NCBI GenBank assembly: GCA_963677765.1
Contig: OY782392.1
Location: forward strand, 900,001 to 932,000
DNA from: Candidatus Saccharimonadota bacterium
GTDB taxonomy: Bacteria; Patescibacteriota; Gracilibacteria; BD1-5; UBA6164
Length of the DNA stretch: 32,000 nucleotides
Direction of reading: 5' to 3'
Shown: positions 31,490-32,000 of the stretch, in pieces
Numbering within the stretch: the first letter of the stretch is position 1
Layout of the letters: every line of letters starts with the position of its first letter
Made by a program: the position numbers and the translations under genes
The notes under the pieces: model-generated
What the model saw: only the letters and a program-made list of their open reading frames with translations
Databases searched by the model: none
Told to the model about the DNA's origin: nothing

Positions 31490-32000
31490 ATGGAGATATA
31501 TATACATATTTGAACAAATTTAGAATATTTCGACCTTTTAAATGAAGGTAATTTACTTTCAAAATGAAAGCAAGACAGAGAGCTTGCTTCTTTTTTCATG
31601 AAAAATTTTCCTTGAGAATTAGCGACAACAATTTCTCCTCAATATGAAGTTAATTCTGTTTGAATAAGAGAAATAAAAAAGAAGTTTTGAGTAGATGCAT
31701 TTAACAAAATAGGAGGGATTTATTATTGAAGTGATAATTGTGAATATTTAACTCCTACAAAAAAAGAAATAGAAGATGCTATAGAAAAATTTCAACTATT
31801 TAATAAAAATTTTCCACCTCATAGAGTCAGAACTTTTACATTGGTTACTCCTTATGTATGAGATAAAATGCTTGACAGATTAGAAGAGTGATTAGAGTAT
31901 TTAAATAATTTAAATATAAAAAATCCTATAGAAATTGTAGTTAATGATTATTGAGTTCTAAATCTTATAAACAAAAAATATACTAATTTGAAACCAATTT
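31490..32000 (+). CDS. Peptidase U32-like protein, N-terminal part (3' end outside window)
   Basis: Open from ATG 31490 to the window edge, starting 1 nt after the grx stop. GVDAFNKIGGIYYGSDNCEYL..EIEDAIEKF..TLVTPYV..IEIVVNDYGVLNLI recalls the U32 family layout. This is a weak call made by eye. Confidence 0.35.

Noticed and set aside
1-32000. TGA = Trp (code 4, Mollicutes-like) as the explanation for in-frame TGA.
   Set aside because: TGA aligns with invariant Gly in many signature motifs (GGGTP, HIGH, GxGTR, TVGYG, KSG, GDWG). TGG is still used at conserved Trp positions directly beside TGA (RGWD, GDWG, WWG).
1-32000. Pseudogenised or decaying genome, or poor assembly, as the explanation for fragmented ORFs.
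   Set aside because: All the interruptions are a single codon (TGA), always in frame. TAA and TAG never interrupt the 30 frames I checked, and motifs are intact along full protein lengths. Random decay would also produce frameshifts and TAA/TAG stops.
1-32000. Selenocysteine decoding of the TGA codons.
   Set aside because: TGA occurs dozens of times per gene (33 in pgi) at Gly positions, not at redox-active Cys/Sec sites, and I saw no SECIS-like hairpins following them.
1-32000. Mobile element, prophage or defence island content.
   Set aside because: I found no integrase, transposase, terminal inverted repeats, restriction-modification, toxin-antitoxin or Cas-like motifs in any frame I translated. 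The tRNA-Phe is not flanked by a direct repeat of its 3' end. The COG1373-like ATPase is the only family sometimes seen in defence contexts, and it looks catalytically dead.

Overview
Very AT-rich bacterial chromosomal segment that can only be read under genetic code 25 (UGA = Gly, the Gracilibacteria / Absconditabacteria-SR1 code within CPR/Patescibacteria). The supplied standard-code ORF track is fragmented (longest ORF 121 aa) because TGA is the dominant glycine codon here. Re-reading by hand with TGA = Gly gives 30 tightly packed CDSs, about 94% of the window by my coordinates, all ending in TAA or TAG, plus one tRNA-Phe(GAA). Content is mostly housekeeping. In order: a solute-binding-protein fragment, hemW, an hpf-like gene, gatB, a 769-aa multi-pass membrane protein, a degenerate COG1373-type ATPase, a PiT phosphate transporter and argS with a tightly coupled Trm9-like methyltransferase. 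Then come a type IV pilin, rel, rpsO, a PP-loop enzyme of unknown function next to a class B PBP, a small 2Fe-2S protein overlapping cysS and a Ste24-like M48 protease. The last part holds a Kv-type K+ channel with a zinc-ribbon tail, metG followed by a plant-type ferredoxin, an RHH/nucleotidyltransferase-like fusion heading a galU-pgi-yvcK-ArsC-family operon, a glutaredoxin and a U32-like fragment. I saw no rRNA, CRISPR, transposase, integrase or recognisable defence genes. The recoding is the strongest signal. Secondary leads are the RHH/pseudo-nucleotidyltransferase with an upstream palindrome, the PP-loop gene next to the PBP, Fe-S proteins coupled to CysRS and MetRS, the membrane protein/pseudo-ATPase pair, and the absence of Shine-Dalgarno motifs. 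All family calls come from motif recognition by eye on hand translations; no searches were run.
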